From assembly GCA_051868045.1 (NCBI GenBank), contig JBJDZN010000082.1, forward strand, positions 1-40,972: a stretch of 40,972 nt of DNA, given 5' to 3'. Source of the DNA: Eubacteriales bacterium (GTDB lineage Bacteria; Bacillota; Clostridia; Oscillospirales; CAG-272). Under the pieces are notes generated by a model that saw only the letters and a program-made list of their open reading frames with translations, did no database searches and was not told where the DNA came from. Position numbers and translations under genes: made by a program. Shown here piece by piece: positions 37,215-40,972 of this stretch (positions are counted from its first letter, which is position 1; each line of letters starts with the position of its first letter).

Positions 37215-40200
37215 ATGAATAATTTTATGAAAATCTTGACCTCTGCGCTTCTTTGCTGTGCAATGCTCTCCCCGTCCGTGACTGCGTTTGCGGCGGAGGG
37301 CGGCGGTACAATGGAAGAGCTTTCCAACCTTACCGGTCTCAACGGAAGCTGGACGATGGACAGCGTGATCCGGTCACAGGGATCGGGCGACCTGTTCGCC
37401 CTGTCCCAAACGGAGGTTTCGGACTTTGTATTCGAAGCGGACGTTGAGTTCACCTCCCACAGTGGAGCGGCATCCCTTGTATTTTTCTCGGGAGATAATC
37501 CGTCAAAGGGGTCCTATGTTGCCAATATTGATCTTTCGGCAGGAAATGCTCGTATTTTCCGCTTTGAAAGCACGGGAAATGCAACCACAAAGGGAGAGTA
37601 CATTCTGAGCAGTAGCCAAAAGACAAAGAATCGGTTCAATCTGCGGGTGGAGGCGCAAAACGGCAAGCTTCTGTATCTTATCGACGGTACGCCGGTGATC
37701 AGTGTCAGTGATTCGTCGGCAAAACCCGGAAGCAAGCTGGGACTTCTGACCTATAATACCGGAATCAACTATTCCAATGTGCGGTATGCTTCACTGGATG
37801 AATCGGATGAAAATGTCCCCCGCCTTTCTAGCTTGACGGGTAATGGGATTTCCTTTGACGGCAGTAACTGTCTCAAGCAAACCGTTCCCTACGGAACCGC
37901 TTCGCTTCGGTATCAGGTGACGGCATTCGGAAGCGTTTCGGCAGGTATTGCCGGGGATACGGGTGAGACGGTGTCCGTTTCGGGAAATACGGTGACGGTA
38001 GGTCAGATTTCGGGCAGTTTTGATCTGCTTCTGGCGGTCACCAAGGGTGAGGTGGTCCGTCACTACTGGATCAAGGTAACGGTTGAAGCCGATCCCGACA
38101 CCATCTACAATGAGCAGTGGCGTCCCCAGCTTCACTTTTCGCCTCTGGTCAACTGGATGAACGACCCAAACGGTCTGGTTTATGATCCCACAACAGAGAC
38201 ATACCATCTGTTTTTTCAGTACAATCCCTACGGATTGACTATTGCCAATCAGGTGTGGGGACACGCCGTCAGCACCGATCTGGTTCACTGGAAGGAGCTT
38301 GGGGTTGCCATCGAACAGGACTCCCTCGGAGCCGTCTTTTCAGGAAGTGCGGTGGTGGATGAGGACAATACCACCGGCTTCTTCACCGACAATAAACCCG
38401 GAGAAACCAAGCTTGTCGCCATTTACACCTCCGACGGCGGGGATACTACCCACGGCGTGGAAAAACAGTGTATTGCTTATTCCAAGGATAACGGGGTCAC
38501 ATGGATCAAACCCACCCTTGAGGAAAACGGCTTTGAAAATCCCATTATCGCCAACGATAACAATGTTTACGGACGGGATTTCAGAGACCCGAAAATCTTC
38601 CGTTATGACGGCAAATGGTTCATGGTCGTAGCAGGAGGAAGGGCAAGACTCTTCATCTCAGACAATCTCATCGACTGGACCATGGTCTGCGACATGGGCT
38701 TCGACTCAGAATGTCCTGATTTCTATCCTCTGGCTGTGGACGGAGACGAAAACAACATCAAATGGGTTTATACGGCATCCGGAAAATGGTACGTGATCGG
38801 TCGGCTTGAAAAGGTCAGCGAAACCGAGTATAAATTCGTTGCTGAAGGGGATCGGATCCCCTATAACGGCGGCAGTGAGGTGTATGCAACCCAATCCTAT
38901 TACAATGACGGATCGGGCAATAACCGCCGTATTGCCATCAGTTGGATTCAGGATTCCTCGGCGTCCGGTCTGTCCGGTAAGGGCTGGAACGGTGCCATGA
39001 CACTGCCCTATGAGCAGACCCTGAGAACGGTGAACGGCAGAATCATTCTCACTTCGTATCCCGTAGCGGAGGTTGATGCCCAGCGCAGTGAAAAGGTCAT
39101 TGATCTGGAAAACGTGTCAATCGACGAGGCGGGTAAGGCTTTGTCCGGCAATCCCGGGATCGCCTATGACACCGTGATCACCTTCACACCGGGTGACGGT
39201 TCGGTTCTTCAGCTGGATCTGCGCTCCGACGGTCAGTATGCCACCTCACTGGTTTATGACAGTACTGCCCATACACTGCGTGTGGTTCGAGGACGCTCGG
39301 GAAGTGCCTCCGGCGTACCCGCCGGCACCATGGAAATGCCGCTCTATCCGGATGAAGACGGTAAGGTGACGATCCGCATTCTCATGGATACGACCGTTCT
39401 TGAAGTGTTCGGCAATGAGGGCGAAGCCGCTCTTTGCGGTATGATTTTCCCAGAGGCGGGTGCCATCAATACCATTCTTTCCGTAAGCGGCGATCTTGCA
39501 ATTGATTCCCTTGAAATGTGGCGAATGGAATCCATCTGGCACAGTGACGCTGAGATTCTGCCCGAGCCGGGAGTCTATTTTGAGGTGTCTTCTTCTGCAA
39601 TTGCCTTTGAGGAAGCCACTACCGTCACGGCTTATGTGATGGATCAGAACGGCAATCGCACCGATAAAGCCGTCAGTTGGAGCGGCGCAGAGGATTCCCT
39701 TGTGAAAACGGTCAGTCAAAAGGACGGAACGATCGTGCTTCAGGGCATCCAAGAGGGAAGTGTCACGCTTCGGGCAACGGTTGACGGTATGACGGCGAGC
39801 ATCACCCTACCGGTTGCCGATATCAGCTTCCATACCAATCTGGAGGGATGGAGCAGTAATGGCGACTGGTATGTAACAACGGGCGGATACGGAATTTCCG
39901 GCAGTAACGGAGACAGCTTTGCTTTCTCAAGCGGTAAGAACAGCGGTACCTTTGTGTACAGCGGCGATGCCGATTTCGGTGGACAGGGCGGATGTCTCGG
40001 ACTGGTGTTCGCCGTTACGAATCCTGAAAATCCCTCTTCCGGAACCTGGTACGGTGCCAATATTGATACTCATTCTGCACAGCCTGTTATGAAGCTGTTC
40101 TGCAATACCAACGGACAGGAGGTCTGGGCAAAGACCTATACCTTCACCAAGACTGCCGATAGCTGGAATCTGACAGTGGAATATACCGAAGACGGAACGC

Positions 40201-40577
40201 TGATCTATACGGTAAACGGACAGTCGGTCAGCCGCAAGGTGGCGAATCTTGGATCGGGGGCATTGGGTCTGGTTTCCTGGAACGGCGGCGGATGCTTTGA
40301 CAATGTGAACTATCAGGCAGTCGATGTCGGCGGCGAAACGCCCGATGATGATCTCGGGGAAACGACTTCCGTCACTGAACCGGTGACCACACCGGTAATC
40401 GGTTCTCAAAGCGATCCTTCTACCGAGGATCCTATTACAACAGACACGGATAAACCGGGGGATGAGACCCCTTCAACGGGCGTCAAATGGATTTTGCCCA
40501 CCGTTCTTTCTGCCGTTTCCGTAGTGGCAGTGGCTGCCGTCGTTACGGTTCTGATTGTCCGAAAGAAGAAAAAGTAA
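37215..40577 (+). CDS. Secreted, cell-anchored GH32 levanase/fructanase with two CBM66-like domains
   Basis: Signal peptide; WMNDPNG, FSGS, RDP, ECP; CBM66-like domains at both ends; TPSTG + TM + RKKKK tail; ATG 37215 after GAAGGGA. Confidence 0.9.
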   Translation: MNNFMKILTSALLCCAMLSPSVTAFAAEGGGTMEELSNLTGLNGSWTMDSVIRSQGSGDLFALSQTEVSDFVFEADVEFTSHSGAASLVFFSGDNPSKGSYVANIDLSAGNARIFRFESTGNATTKGEYILSSSQKTKNRFNLRVEAQNGKLLYLIDGTPVISVSDSSAKPGSKLGLLTYNTGINYSNVRYASLDESDENVPRLSSLTGNGISFDGSNCLKQTVPYGTASLRYQVTAFGSVSAGIAGDTGETVSVSGNTVTVGQISGSFDLLLAVTKGEVVRHYWIKVTVEADPDTIYNEQWRPQLHFSPLVNWMNDPNGLVYDPTTETYHLFFQYNPYGLTIANQVWGHAVSTDLVHWKELGVAIEQDSLGAVFSGSAVVDEDNTTGFFTDNKPGETKLVAIYTSDGGDTTHGVEKQCIAYSKDNGVTWIKPTLEENGFENPIIANDNNVYGRDFRDPKIFRYDGKWFMVVAGGRARLFISDNLIDWTMVCDMGFDSECPDFYPLAVDGDENNIKWVYTASGKWYVIGRLEKVSETEYKFVAEGDRIPYNGGSEVYATQSYYNDGSGNNRRIAISWIQDSSASGLSGKGWNGAMTLPYEQTLRTVNGRIILTSYPVAEVDAQRSEKVIDLENVSIDEAGKALSGNPGIAYDTVITFTPGDGSVLQLDLRSDGQYATSLVYDSTAHTLRVVRGRSGSASGVPAGTMEMPLYPDEDGKVTIRILMDTTVLEVFGNEGEAALCGMIFPEAGAINTILSVSGDLAIDSLEMWRMESIWHSDAEILPEPGVYFEVSSSAIAFEEATTVTAYVMDQNGNRTDKAVSWSGAEDSLVKTVSQKDGTIVLQGIQEGSVTLRATVDGMTASITLPVADISFHTNLEGWSSNGDWYVTTGGYGISGSNGDSFAFSSGKNSGTFVYSGDADFGGQGGCLGLVFAVTNPENPSSGTWYGANIDTHSAQPVMKLFCNTNGQEVWAKTYTFTKTADSWNLTVEYTEDGTLIYTVNGQSVSRKVANLGSGALGLVSWNGGGCFDNVNYQAVDVGGETPDDDLGETTSVTEPVTTPVIGSQSDPSTEDPITTDTDKPGDETPSTGVKWILPTVLSAVSVVAVAAVVTVLIVRKKKK

Positions 40578-40617
40578 GTCATGAGCCCGGAAATGCTGTT
40601 GCGATAATGGTATAAAA

Positions 40618-40657
40618 ATCGACCGTTCCATCCCCTTTTTGGGGGTGGAACGGTCAA
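40618..40657. terminator. Hairpin between convergent genes
   Basis: gaccgttccatcccc..gggggtggaacggtc. Confidence 0.7.
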
Positions 40658-40719
40658 TTGATTTTAGCTCTTTGTTATTATTTGCGGCTTTCTTGCTGCG
40701 ATTTTCATTCACAGATACT

Positions 40720-40971
40720 TCAATACAACCCGTCAAACAACGCATGAATAGCGGCATGATCTACTCCATACTTCATTGTCCAGCGATTTACCGGATAAGC
40801 ACTGTAGGTCTTCATGCTCAAGGGAGGCAGCATATCATGTATACAGGTATGACCTACCGTGACTCCGAAGGAATCCGGGGAGTGCAGGATATTCAGAAAT
40901 CCCAGCATATCAATAAAGGCATCCAACTGATCCAAAGTCATCTTCAACAGTCCCGATTTTTTGAGCAGAGA
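40720..40971 (-). CDS. 3' end of an unidentified gene cut by the window edge
   Basis: Frame stays open from the window end to the stop at 40720. Confidence 0.5.
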   Translation of the reverse strand, partial: SLLKKSGLLKMTLDQLDAFIDMLGFLNILHSPDSFGVTVGHTCIHDMLPPLSMKTYSAYPVNRWTMKYGVDHAAIHALFDGLY

Positions 40972-40972
40972 C

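Overview
Chromosomal window from a spore-forming Clostridia-like Firmicute (ytvI, spoIVFB-like M50, ispH-rpsA fusion, near-consensus sigmaA promoters). Housekeeping blocks are a heterodimeric ABC exporter, HI0933-cmk-plsC-ispH/rpsA, tRNA-Arg(CCT), LCP-glyQS and potABCD. Three accessory regions stand out. (1) 1-5.0 kb: four tandem lipoprotein genes. Genes 2-4 sit behind a repeated hairpin/promoter/RBS/signal-peptide module, and genes 1-3 carry 26-aa YD-like repeats with variation concentrated at a few fixed positions. (2) 14.8-19.7 kb: an AT-richer islet with an Xre regulator, a duplicated 80-bp structured leader, an LRR lipoprotein, a CHAP-cohesin-dockerin protein, a second cohesin protein and an uncalled 42-aa YxxPxL peptide, next to a broken Nudix gene. 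(3) 31-40.6 kb: a fructan-type locus with a CBM66-dockerin-GH172 surface enzyme, an AraC regulator and two GH32 enzymes. I saw no integrase, transposase, reverse transcriptase or CRISPR array. All domain calls are by eye from motifs; no database search was run.
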